64,000 nucleotides of DNA from Phoronis australis (Eukaryota; Animalia; Phoronida). Position 1 is the first letter of the stretch. Every line of letters begins with the position of its first letter. The notes under the pieces are model-generated. The model was not told the DNA's origin and ran no database searches. It saw only the letters and a list, made by a program, of their open reading frames with translations. This document shows positions 1 to 11,711 of this stretch, piece by piece. The stretch lies in NCBI GenBank assembly GCA_002633005.1, contig NMRA01000275.1, positions 103,336-167,335 of the forward strand. The letters are read 5' to 3'. Made by a program: the position numbers and the translations under genes.

Positions 1-1009
1 TGCCGTTTTTACTGACATTGGTCATGAACCTATCATGTGATATCAAAATTGTTCAGAAACGATTCTGTTTGAAGCAGAAACTGGAGTAGAAAATTTGGTC
101 AAAAATGACTCATTCCACACCAAGAAATTGCCTCATTTTGCCCTCGAGAACACTTCCCTTGTATTTCCTAAACCACCAAACTTTGTGGTGTCATACTTCA
201 CCCAATTTCTCTCATCCCTAATGTGATTTATCAGACTAAACATGGATCTGAATGGCTGACCCCCCACCTTGCCGCTTGTTGGCTGTACAGTGGTCGGTGG
301 ATCCGTGGACTGATACTTAATACTTAAAAGTGTTTTAAAACGTGGCACACTCTCATAGGCTACCCTTAAGGTACTGTTGGTACCTTGTTCCCGTCGCCCG
401 ACCCTCACTGCTCTAAGATGAGTAAGTCGGTTGCAAAAGTATTTTAATCTTTCACTTTTTGTTTCTTGTTAGCGTCCAATTTTGTTCTTACGAATATATC
501 GTGTTTACAAGTGGAAAAAATAATTGTTTTTTCAGGTATCCAATAAATTTTGAGTCGCACACATATTTTACATGCGGTTCGCGCGAGGGAAACAAAATTA
601 ACTTTTATTTACACCTTACCATCTCAACAGTCAAAAATACTATGTAGTTTGTTTTGCTTTGATATAATGGTTGCATGACATTTGAGTATGGGTCCCGCGC
701 TTCGACATCTGCTACGGGCTTTACAATTGCTTAATCCGGCCTTGCCCGTGAGCGCACTTTCGGAAGGGCGCCGATACAGAAAGTCCCAGCACCTACCTAT
801 TGATTGGAAGACCCAACGTTGTGCCAGGTGTACGCAAGTGAAGTGGCGATTGCACTTCAAAGACATCATTTTCTGGCCTGAAGAGAGTTAAATCTCTGTC
901 GTCTTTGATCGACAAGTCAGGACAGAGTTGCAATCTCATTGACTTGGTGGGGAAATGTCAAATGCGTCATTACTTTAATGTGGTATCCCGAAGTTTACTA
1001 GTGATTATT

Positions 1010-3348
1010 CAGTGGCGGATCTACGGGGGGTTCAGGGGGTTTAAACCCTCCCCCTTGGACAAGGACCCAAAATAATAAAAAAAACAAAAACGTCTCCAGC
1101 AAAACAAAAACGGCACTGCTAGCGTGTGTAACCCTCAAGTAAACCAACTAGGAAAAATTGAGGGGGGTTCACTCTGAAATTTTTTTGCATTGTGAATTTG
1201 CTGAGTCTTCGTGGCTCATCGGCCAAACGCGCGGATATTAATTGTGCGTGCTCTTCCGTCGACACTTCTGAAGTAGCCAAGCATTTTAGATGGATTCACC
1301 GCTGAAAGAGCAGCTCTATAGTTGATTTCTTTAGGTAACTAGCTTCTTTACTCTAAGATATGTTTTGATTTGATTAGGGGAAATAGTGTGGTGCCGCAAC
1401 CCTGATATTCAGGGGAATTGACGTGCAACGTTTTTACCTCATCTGTCATGCCGTGTCATACTAATTCACTCCACACGTTTGTAACTGATGTATAGTAAAG
1501 TTGTCTTGCGCAATATCATATTGTGTACATGTACATGTAATATTTTTGAAAAAAACAAATTTTCCGAAGAATTGCTATTGTGGCGGCGCCGTGGTCTGGT
1601 GGCGAATCTGTTTGAAGATACACTCTAACAAGTTTTGTCTATACAAGGAATGACCAAGGGGGCACTCACATTGACAAAGTGACCGCATTCGCGAACAATG
1701 TACAGTACCAGAAATTGCGGGGAGGCTGTTCTTTCACAACAAAGTCTTGCGGGACTCGTGCGATGTTCAATTGGCCTCCTAAAGAGCCCTAGTTCCGACC
1801 CCAACACCTACCGTCTTTCTACCTGCAATAAGCACACTGCCGTCTTCTATACTGGGAATTTCCGCAGAAAGGCCCATCCGATGAAACGCTCATGCCCATG
1901 GGTATTTATTTGATATTAGTACTTCGGGTTCCGAGCGTTCAGACATTGTGACGTTTATTTCGAAAATTGCAAGAGATGCAAATAGGTCCTGGGATACATC
2001 GTCAAGGTTTGAAGTAGTCCATGATGAACGGATCAAATTTAAATGCTCATGTAAGTCTTTTGAATGGACTTGGCAACCTCAAGGGTCTTAGTGCCAACTG
2101 AGCTGCGAAACGAGATGCTGACATTGGAGAGGCTTACAAGGTCATTGACACAGCAGTTGATGAAGTGCAAGCGTTGGGAACAAATATCGAAGATATCTGG
2201 GTAGAATGGTTCCAAGACGAGCAAACCATTGGATCCGATACACAAATTCCTCGGCAGTCCAGACAACAGAAGGATAGGAATAACGTATGAGTAACTACTG
2301 GGAATTAAATATTTTAGAGAGGTTTTCAATTCAAAATTTTTTGCATAGTACACTTTAGGTCTCGCAACGGACCAGGCCAGCTTGATTTGTGTAGATGTTG
2401 AGTTTCAGAGTACTTCTGGTCGCTCGGCGAACTAGTCTTGTGATTTTTTTGCCAAAGTATGCTTTGTAAAACTATTTATCTCAGCCAGTACTGTTTGGTC
2501 CCGCAAAAGATCGACTATTTTTATAGAGATAATAAGCACAGGTGTACTCTTGGTCTCGTGACGGACCAGGTCAGCCTTTTTGCGTACTCTCAGTGTTCAT
2601 CTGGTCCCTCTGCAAACTAGTCCAGTGTATCTTTTCACCACTGTGCACAGGATGTTTTGGTTTCGTGAAACTGTTTTCAGATAATTTGTTTCCTGATACA
2701 TTTGACGTTTTTCAATTGTTGTCAACGTGATTCAGCTTAATAAAATGATTAATTATTTATTGTCGCTTTCGTAATAGATTATGAGTTGAGAACACCATCG
2801 TTCGCCAGATTTTCTCGTAACGAGACAGAACACGTTTATTTCCGGACTAACGGTATAGGTATTCGTTCTTAAACAACTTGAGGCTGCTGTTACGCGATCA
2901 TCTGATATTCAAGTTTTTACGCCCCGTCGGTGCTCCTTATGCTCTTGAATATTTGGAAGTTGTCTAAACCCCTCTATACACACCACACTTTTTCGTATGC
3001 TAAAAAGGTGTGTGTAAGCAGATGTTCCAAAAATTTTTTTGCTGGTGGCTTGACTCACACCCAGATGTGCACAATGTGGTTTCACGAAACTTATGAGCCA
3101 AGTTTATGTGACGAAATCGAGAAGGGATTTTAATTATCTTAAGAAAAACTCCAGAGACATGTTAAGTGCCAGAAACTTACCAGGATGCATAGAAATAGAA
3201 ATTTCACTATTTGGCTACAAAAACAAAAAATATCTTACACGGGAGGGGGGAAACCGAACTCCCCCCGCTCGGCGTCACGTGCCTAGGATTCGACCTTGGC
3301 GGGAATCCTAAACCCCCCCTCCTTGCTGAAAACGTAGATCCGCCACTG
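1010..3348 (+). mobile_element. Decayed hAT DNA transposon (PRKRIR/ZMYM1-like transposase remnant) with 5-bp TSD
   Basis: Perfect 16-bp TIRs CAGTGGCGGATCTACG / CGTAGATCCGCCACTG with TTATT on both flanks. About 2045-2290 translates, with stops, to LKGLSAN*AAKRDADIGEAYKVIDTAVDEVQ...IPRQSRQQKDRNNV, like the hAT LSxxLQxxxxD...PRxxxRQxxRxN region. Confidence 0.85.
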
Positions 3349-3976
3349 TTATTAACTCCAGTTCAGATTCAGACTCAAACATGGACGTCAACTCACACTT
3401 TCTACGTAACCCAAGTTTGTGCAAAGCGTAGACCTATATCGCCTCGCTCTCATGTTTTTTGTTAAGGGGTAATCCCCTCTCAGGAGTCTCGCCGTCCAGT
3501 CAGCAGAACAAAACGGGGCCACTGGTAGAAACGTCTTCAGATTACATCTGACGTTCTTGCACCGCACCCCTCTTGCATTGGATACAAAGATCACTATTAA
3601 TTTAATGGCTTACCTACATGACTTCAAGATCAAGTGTCTGTAGGCTGCTGTCTGTAGTCAGAAACCAGGTTTGAATTGCAAGAAAATAAGATACCAGTTT
3701 GTGAACCACTGAGAAGGAAGAATTTGTTCGAAATCAGAGCTGATGAAGTAACCAGAGTCTGCAGTTGAAAATCTCAGCAGAAGAAGGCCCGCCGTAAGCG
3801 TTTTCTACGTTTTTCACTACTAGAAATCCGTGACCTTCACTAGCGCACCTACTTGGTGAGGGCAAGAACAACTATCAAGTAACGTCACATGTAGCATCCG
3901 GTGGTAATGCCTTTGGCCAAGTGTTACCGTTTTTCCGCTTTTCAACGTGTCTGTAAAGTGCCTTGCTTTCATTCGC

Positions 3977-4203
3977 CCATGAACCCACGACCACTTTAGG
4001 GTCTGTAAAGGGTCGTGGTTCCATCTTCCCATGAAATCACGGCCGCTGCGGGGTCTCAAGAGTGTCATGGTTTCACCCGCCCATGAAACCACATCCGCGT
4101 TGAGGTCTCAAAGGGACATGGTTTCATCTGCTCATGAAACCACGGCCGCTTCGGGGGTCCGAAAAGGGTTATGGTTCCATCCGCCCATGAAACCACGACC
4201 GCC
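3977..4203. repeat. 52-bp minisatellite (about 4.4 units) with palindromic junction
   Basis: (c)CATGAA recurs at 3977, 4029, 4081, ~4132 and 4185. Each junction forms TGGTTTCAT-N6-ATGAAACCA. Confidence 0.9.
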
Positions 4204-7073
4204 TGAATTCTTAAGTGGCATAACATACAAGATGAATTTGTGAGTAAGGGAGTACCTGAGGGTTCAGTAGCCGCTGAAGTCTATGGTCTCTGGCCTAGCA
4301 TTTTTTTCCAATACAAATGTTGGCGTGCAACAACAAATTCAAAGTAGGGTCTCGTCCTGTTTTACTTTTGGTTTGTGTATTGCAGGACATGTGCACTTTG
4401 AAGAATTCAACTATAAGGTGCGCACATCTACTTGTCTCCCCACAGAATATAATAATAAGGTGGCAGTTTTACAAATATTATATTGCCTTACGTTTTTCTA
4501 GAATTTTATCCATTTCTAGAAGCTGAATTCATATCCTTGTCCACGTGCTTTCAAGCAAACATTTTAATGAAAAAGATTAAATGTTAAAGGTCATAAATGT
4601 CGTGAGCAATTCGTGATAAAAACGTCACTGGTTGTAAATTAGCAAAACCTTTATTTACATGTGTGTCGAACAGTCGTCGTGTTGTGCAGGCAAAAAATTG
4701 GCTACAATAAAACACTTGTCGCTGGCAACAGGAACTCGTTTATGTACGTAGCATATGATGATCATCGAAAGAGAGTGCGTCAGCGAAGAACAGTTTCCAA
4801 AAAAGAGAGAAAGATAGAGTAAGAAGTTGTGTAGAATGTACAATTTCTGGAAAGACGGCCATTCGCAGTGCGTTTCAAAGTTTTTACAACGCAGTTAGGT
4901 TATGCCCTAATGATGTCATGTAAATATTTACAAATGCAGACTAAATGAACATGTAGGCTACAGTATTTCATGTCAATAAGCAAATTATTCACTTTCTAAC
5001 ATGGTGACATGTCTGAGAGAAAATAATAATTGATTAAAGATTTAATGCGACCCTTAGATTTTAAATTGTAAAGTCTTTATTTAAGCATCGGTTCAAGAAT
5101 CAGCTGGTTACTGGAATTGATCATGAGAAATGTTATTTCTAGAAAACATCAGTTTTTCTCCTCATGGTGTGCAATTCAATACTTATTTATACGCACTTCA
5201 ATGGGATTGCCTTTAGTTAAGTTCAAGCTCGAATAACCTGAACTTATCTGTATAGTAAGTCTTCAGCCTTTTGTCGGCGTTAAATCAAAACAGTTCGTAA
5301 GAGCTCTTGTGCAACGCAAACTAAAGAGCGCTATTGTATTTGTGAGAACCGATATTAAACCATGATTGCTGCACTAATGAATGATCTCTCACTGTGAAGT
5401 TGCAACATGGTGGATGACAGGCGAATCTAATAACATGTTTGTGTTAGAGCATATGTCGTATCGAAAAATCATTAAATGTCACGTTAAAGACCCTCACACG
5501 TGCAACCTTGACTTGTGTGTTAAGTGATGTTTGATTTAAAGCTCACCGTCCCATCGATTGACATGTCTCGGATCGATAGTCAGTCTTTAACATAAAGGCG
5601 CTTCCTTAACTGAATCAACCTGTCACTGAGTTTGGGACGTTACTAAGGTGAGTAGTTTGACAGGACACAGTGTTAAAATGTTTCTGTAAATTGTTCATTA
5701 ACATAAGATACAGCAGTGTGTTATTTCACTTCCATCACTGCGTACTAACTTACCGTGTAATTTGTCTAAATTTGAACTCGCACTTATAATGTAAAAATGA
5801 TATATTTGATACAAAAATACATGACCAAACATTTTCTCTTATCATGCTAGGCAACCGGTGCATTCTTGTAGACATGACCTGATGAAACTGCCGCAGGTTC
5901 ACTGACATGCCCTCATTTATCCTATTGAAGCGATTATGTAAATGTGAATATGCAAATGGCAAGGTGTAAAATGCAGAGTTCTGTTCCCGCGTTTCAGATT
6001 ATGAAAACAGTTGAGAGTGTAGCACACAAATGGAAACCAATAGTCAATGTAAGGTACACACCACGGTTAAATCACTGCCATCCAGTTACTCACATGCTTC
6101 ACTGACGTTGATGGAGAATACAGGATTAATTCCAAGATCATTGATTTTTTATGTCGTGCAGTCGTTACAACACAGTTAACATTCAAATGTGAAATTGGGC
6201 TATAAATAGGCTAACACCGTTTGAGTTGTGCTATTTGTTTAGTTCTAGGGGAACAAGACCCTGGATAGCACCCACTACTGTAAGAAGACCCCGTGTACAA
6301 GTGTTGACTAATGCGGTCTGGTGTGTTGTGTGGACCACTTGATATAACATGTTCAGAATGGGAAGTGCCACAGGGTGGAGGTTGCAACTGTTTTAAGAGT
6401 CGCTGATTGACTTTCAACCAAGGGATTAGTATACACAAGGATATATTCGAGAGCTCTTGAATGGGTGGGAGCGAACAGAAGTAACTTTTGCACACATGTT
6501 ACGCGACCAACAGACGAGCAATTAGTTTTTTATACAGGATATTGAATACAAAAACTGTCCAAACAGCAGAGAGATTGGTATTCTATTAAAGTGGCTCGGG
6601 AACGAGGATGTCAAGCAACCGATAAGACCAGAAGAGGGCACTTGAATTATTATACACATTCTTAATGAGGACGTGATTCTCAACGGAAGAAAAAATAAAG
6701 ACTGTTCAAAAAGGGATCATATTTACAATACCACAACCGAGTGATTATTTATGTAGATAACATAAGTCTGTGCACGCGCTAAAGAGTGACTGTGTATGTG
6801 TGTGAAGATTGAGCAGATCTCAGTGAGAATTGCACGCTTTTAAGTGACATCAGACGTATCATCTGAAAAGGCTGTGTTTACTTTGTCAATCGACCTATCA
6901 GATTGTCAGCGTTCTTGCAACACGCGCGTACGCCAATTAAGTCCTTGCAAGCACACGTGCCCCAGGATGGACACAAGTGCTACAGTAATGTGAATTGGAG
7001 TGCCACGACTGATGGGAAAAATTCGTAACAAAACTGTTGCGGTTAATTCCTTTTGCACTTTATACATTGTCGG

Positions 7074-7134
7074 ATGGCCAAAATGCTGACATGCGTGGTT
7101 GCCTTGGTTTTAACGGCAATTCCTGTATTTCAAG
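7074..7134 (+). CDS. Tie-like receptor, coding exon 1 (signal peptide)
   Basis: ATG at 7074 (in-frame ATG at 7083) gives MAKMLTCVVALVLTAIPVFQ followed by a consensus donor AAG|GTGAGT in phase 1. Joining to the phase-1 acceptor at 27823 gives ...VFQVEA|LVLVSR, a hydrophobic core with a V-x-A cleavage site. The 20.7-kb intron link is inferred. Confidence 0.75.
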
Positions 7135-7258
7135 GTGAGTGCACTTGGGTGTTCTGTACTATTTATTTGTGTGCCTGTGTGTGTATGGGTGCGCGCGTGT
7201 GTTAATTGTCGATAGGTGATGTAGCCTATGTGGCGACCATACGGCTGACGACCCTTAA

Positions 7259-8202
7259 GTCTAGGGACCCGCAGAGGCTGGGGCCTGAAGGGGCGGAAAA
7301 GTCCCAAGTCAGAAATGAGGTTTGTGCGTGGCCACTTACTGTAACAACATCGGTCTCATTCTGCCCCTTACTCAGATTAGAAATGATTTCTTGGTTTTAA
7401 GAGAAATGTCAGGTCGTTATAACTTCTGAAAACAGACTCGCTTGCCATGCTGGGTTTACTGAGTTTCATAAGCTGATGTAGTATGACCGGTATGGGAATT
7501 CCAAGCGATATATTGTGACCACTTTCACTTCAAAAGTAAGAACATAATGTTTTGGAAGGGCTTTACATTGGCTTTAAAAGATGAAAACTTGCGTTTTTGG
7601 TTACAGCTACTGGTCTACATATGTATCGAGTGCGTCCTAACACACAGCCACATTCCCATTGCAAAGCAGTTTAGAAATACCTGCTTTTTGTAGGACGGCC
7701 CATGAATATATACAAATTTGGAACTTCGGAACGTCATATCTCAGAAATGGCTGATCGGATTTGCATGACACTTTTACATATCCTTGATGCCGTGTTCTCC
7801 AAAACGCTGTTAGGATTTTTTTTAAATGTTCTTCTTTCGCATGAGAAGCTAATAAAATATAGGCCTCTGTCAAATAAAAGATTTATAAAATTGAAAAAAA
7901 AATGTTATTTTAGAAAAATGTAAAGCATTTTTGCGATTTTATCTGGAAGATTTATATCAAATAAAATTTGGCCATGTCGTTGATACCATTGTTTTTGATG
8001 TGAATGTACCTTTGTTTTTTTGGTAAATTTTATTCAAAAGACGTGGTCATGCGACCCAATTAACTAAAGCTTGGTGTAAAATCAAAAATCATATTTTACA
8101 GGTTTTCTATTTTAAGAAGACGTATACTTTTATGATATTAAGATCTAGTTTCATAGATATTTGGCTAAATCAGCAGACTTGTGGATCAGCTCCTACATAA
8201 CC
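7259..8202. mobile_element. Probable non-autonomous TTAA-flanked DNA element (Kolobok-like)
   Basis: TTAA at both ends with a weak terminal inverted match. Its right end is homologous, in reverse complement, to a TTAA-bounded segment starting at 46358. Confidence 0.4.
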
Positions 8203-10134
8203 TTAAAGATGGTTACAAGTTGAAGTTTATTGTTGTCTTCTAACACTACTATTAGACAAAAGTGGTCCACCAAAGTGAAAAAACGAACATTTAGAGTCTA
8301 GTGATGTAGAGAAAAGAAGAACAAGTTGAGAATGTTTTGGGTGTGCAGTGAGAGGACATGTGTGTACTTGTAAATAAGCGAGATGAAGTGTGCAACCACT
8401 TGGGGTACTGTAAACATGACTGGCAACCAAAATTGACTGTGTTGTTCTCCAACCATAGAAATGCCTTTTCGTGTTTAAAAGAATACTGCTTCACACCCGA
8501 AGTCAGTGCTTTTCTGACTGCAAAATTTGAGTCAACTAAAAAGATCACTGCAAGCCATAAAACATCGCTGGTTATCTATAGCTCTCAGTAGGGGCTAAAA
8601 CGTGTCGAGAGCATTGAGTGTGTTGACAGCCCGATTACGTACTAACAACTTTGGTGTACAATGAACGCGCAAGGCTTTTGCACGAAACATGTTCTTTTTG
8701 TATAAAATAGATGATTTCATTGTTTACAATTAGTCGCACTATGGTACAATTCATGCAGCATGACAAGTGTACAAACTAGGTAACGGTAATAACTTGAGCT
8801 TAGCCTTCTGCCCATAATAATAGTTAATCGGTCTGGATTTTTCCAGATGCAAGTCGCACTCTACAATACGAATGCTCTCATCAACATTAAAGTAGCGATC
8901 AATGAATGTTTATGAAGACTTTCATATAGAGAAACTCGATTAATTTAAAATAGTCAAGATGACGGTCTCGCAGGCGTTATTTGGGAATGTAAACGTTTGC
9001 GTCGTGCAATTTCTAGACATTCCCTTGCAGTGTACAAAGCCTGGAACAACTTGCAATCGGATGGAATCAAATTATGGTGATGCAAACCTTTACAATAAAT
9101 CAGTGCTAGTCAGTGTCCATTGATTGATTCCGGAAAATTGGTGATAATTTTCTCATTAGATAGCTCCGTCGCTAGCTTGGCTGCATGAACTGGTGTCAGA
9201 CTATTTATGTCGTAAAACAAAAAAGTCGTTCGAATAAAATGTGTCGGCTATTTGAGTGAGGTTTTGTGTGTTTCAACAATATTCCGATAAATTTCTGTTT
9301 ATCTGAACTGTGGTTTAGAACTATTTATGACGTATTACACTCTGAAGAATGTGACAGTCCTACTCTAAAATATATAACTACCACCATGCACCACTGCTTC
9401 GGAGGATAAATTGAAATTGAAATATAACGACTTAACTAAAGGACTTTGCGGCAGAATTACCTGGCAGTAGAAACAGTTGTTGATACCTGAAACAGCTATG
9501 CAAAACGTTAAGTACTAACTTGCCTTACTAAGGACACACAATCCTTTATTTACACCAGTACAGCACGGAAGGAGTTTCATCTGTCTTAAAACATCACTAA
9601 AGCACAATTAATTCATAAATTGCAATCCTGCGTCTGTTTGACTTTTCCTTCAAGCCTCAAATAGTGATCATCAGTGTAGTTCAACTGTGATGACCACGTT
9701 GTTGGTGCATCATCAAAAATTATTCTGAAAAGTCCATACTTTATTCTGAAAACATTTGATAGCGTGTTGAAAGAACACCATTGGTTGCGGTCAAAATTTT
9801 GTCATGAAATTCTAAGTAAAAAGAAGTAGTAATGACAGGAGTATCTTCAAAAACACTCAAAACTAGTGTCACCCTATAAACAATCAGTTGCCGCTCTACA
9901 CAGTTTTGCTCTGTGGAATACGGCTTTTCTTTGGTAAGACTGTTTTATGTGCACCGTTGACACTCATACATATAGCAGCCTACACAGTCAGCCACGGGCA
10001 TTATAAAGGGCGCTACACGTGGCTTTCATCGCTGGGTCGATTGTTTTTCATTTTGCCAAGTCACAACGGATAGTACATTAGGTGCTAGAGTGGACAAGCG
10101 TCCTCAGCTTCTGATCGTCTCCAATACGTTATAT

Positions 10135-11711
10135 AGACCTAACTCACGCGGTGGACATTAAAATCCAAAGCGAGGCTCGCTGCGATAAACAAAGCGGAAA
10201 TATACATTGCGTGAGTTAAATGGCCGCTCTTTCGAGTCCAACCTGGATATTAAATCTTAAAAATGTGTCAATAATTAACCACAGAGACGTAGAAAAACAC
10301 ATTAGAGAACAAGTCAATGCGCCAAAGAGTTGTATGACGAAAGGGTATATGTTTTTTTCGGAAAACCAGGTTCGAAACGTGACCAAACTGCGGCGATCGT
10401 CACGCCTGTAGTATTACGGATTAGGTATTATGCTAGATGCAGGGTTACGTTTCTTATTGTAAATTGTTGATAAAAATGCTTTCTACACGAACCAGGTCAT
10501 CTGCTTATATTGTTGACGAGTTGAAGATATATTCAAAAATGGTGGCTCATCGCATTTTGGTGTTGTGTGTAATTAGTCACATCTGGTTTAATTTGTTGAT
10601 CAAAAGTATTAACATCAAGCATACAGCCTATGTCCTGGTGAGGTAGGGACTACTGGGACTAACAAGTGATTTGTCATTGATCTTAAAGAATAACTGATGT
10701 TATTAAATATATTTTTTATTAAAATAAAAAAACAGGCTCGTAATTGAAAATAAAAATTATTTGATCAATTTTTAAATTTTGAAGAAAATATATAAAAAAG
10801 AACACAGCCTCAGAAATCGCTTTCGAAATTATATCCAGGTTCTCATTCACTCCCTTGCACACATTCACAAGTAATTATTTGACCATCAATTCTGTTTTCT
10901 TGGTTTTAGTAATTCTTATATACGTCTATTTCATGTGTTAGGTTTCAAATATCAATCTGGAACCAGTTGAATTTTAAAATTAAAGCACCTAACTCGTTCG
11001 TCCAAAGCATAACCTTGTTTTTGCGCTCAATGTCAGTTAACTGCAAAGACAGAGCAAGGGTTTCTTCAGGGCGGGCTCATTCATCCGGGGAAAGGTGCTA
11101 GTGTGCCTTCTTGAGAGTGGCATTTTTTCGCCGAGTGAGGGAAAAAATCTACTTCCCGATCATCATCAATAGCACACCCGCCCTGTGCTCTTTCAAATTG
11201 TCATCTGGGTGGATGCAGAACTTCGGAGAGAACTTTTCAATCACTAAGGGAATTTTTAGGGCCTCGTGGGAGGAATTTGGTGGGATTTTTCAATATTTTT
11301 GAGAGGGAAAAGGGCCGATATTCGGCCCAAAATCGAGGGATTGAGGGCCCTATCTTTTTTGGAAAGAAACATGCATCATCTTTCAACCTGTAGTCACGAA
11401 AACACAGCCTGGCTGACCGAAGATTCCCCGGTCGTTGCTATGACGCTCGGCAACCGAGATATGCTACAAAATATATATAACATTTATAAATTTTACACGG
11501 ACATATTTTACTTCGTCGCGCGTATGGCAACGACCCAACGCTTCCGAATCTCAACGTCCGCAGGGATTGTGAAACAGACAGTTGAGTGTCCGTATTTTTT
11601 CTAGCCGTTCGAGCACTTGAACGTGGAATACAACCAGTATGCCGATAAGCCAACAGATATCGTAGCGAGCCTCGCTTTGGAACGCGCCTCCTGTGAGCGT
11701 GAATTAGGTCT
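10135..11711. mobile_element. ISL2EU-like DNA transposon deletion derivative (AT TSD) nested in another repeat
   Basis: TIRs AGACCTAA(C/T)TCACGC plus a subterminal inverted CCAAAGCGAGGCTCGCT. The AT duplication is deduced from an empty-site copy near 13690-13740. Carries a + strand ORF stub at 10220 (KGYMFFSE) and a frameshifted THAP remnant on the - strand (CIP...FTIPADVEIRKRWVVAIR, about 11515-11650). Confidence 0.75.

Noticed and set aside
3977-4203. CRISPR array
   Set aside because: The spacers are homologous to one another, the repeats are degenerate, there are no cas genes and the context is eukaryotic.
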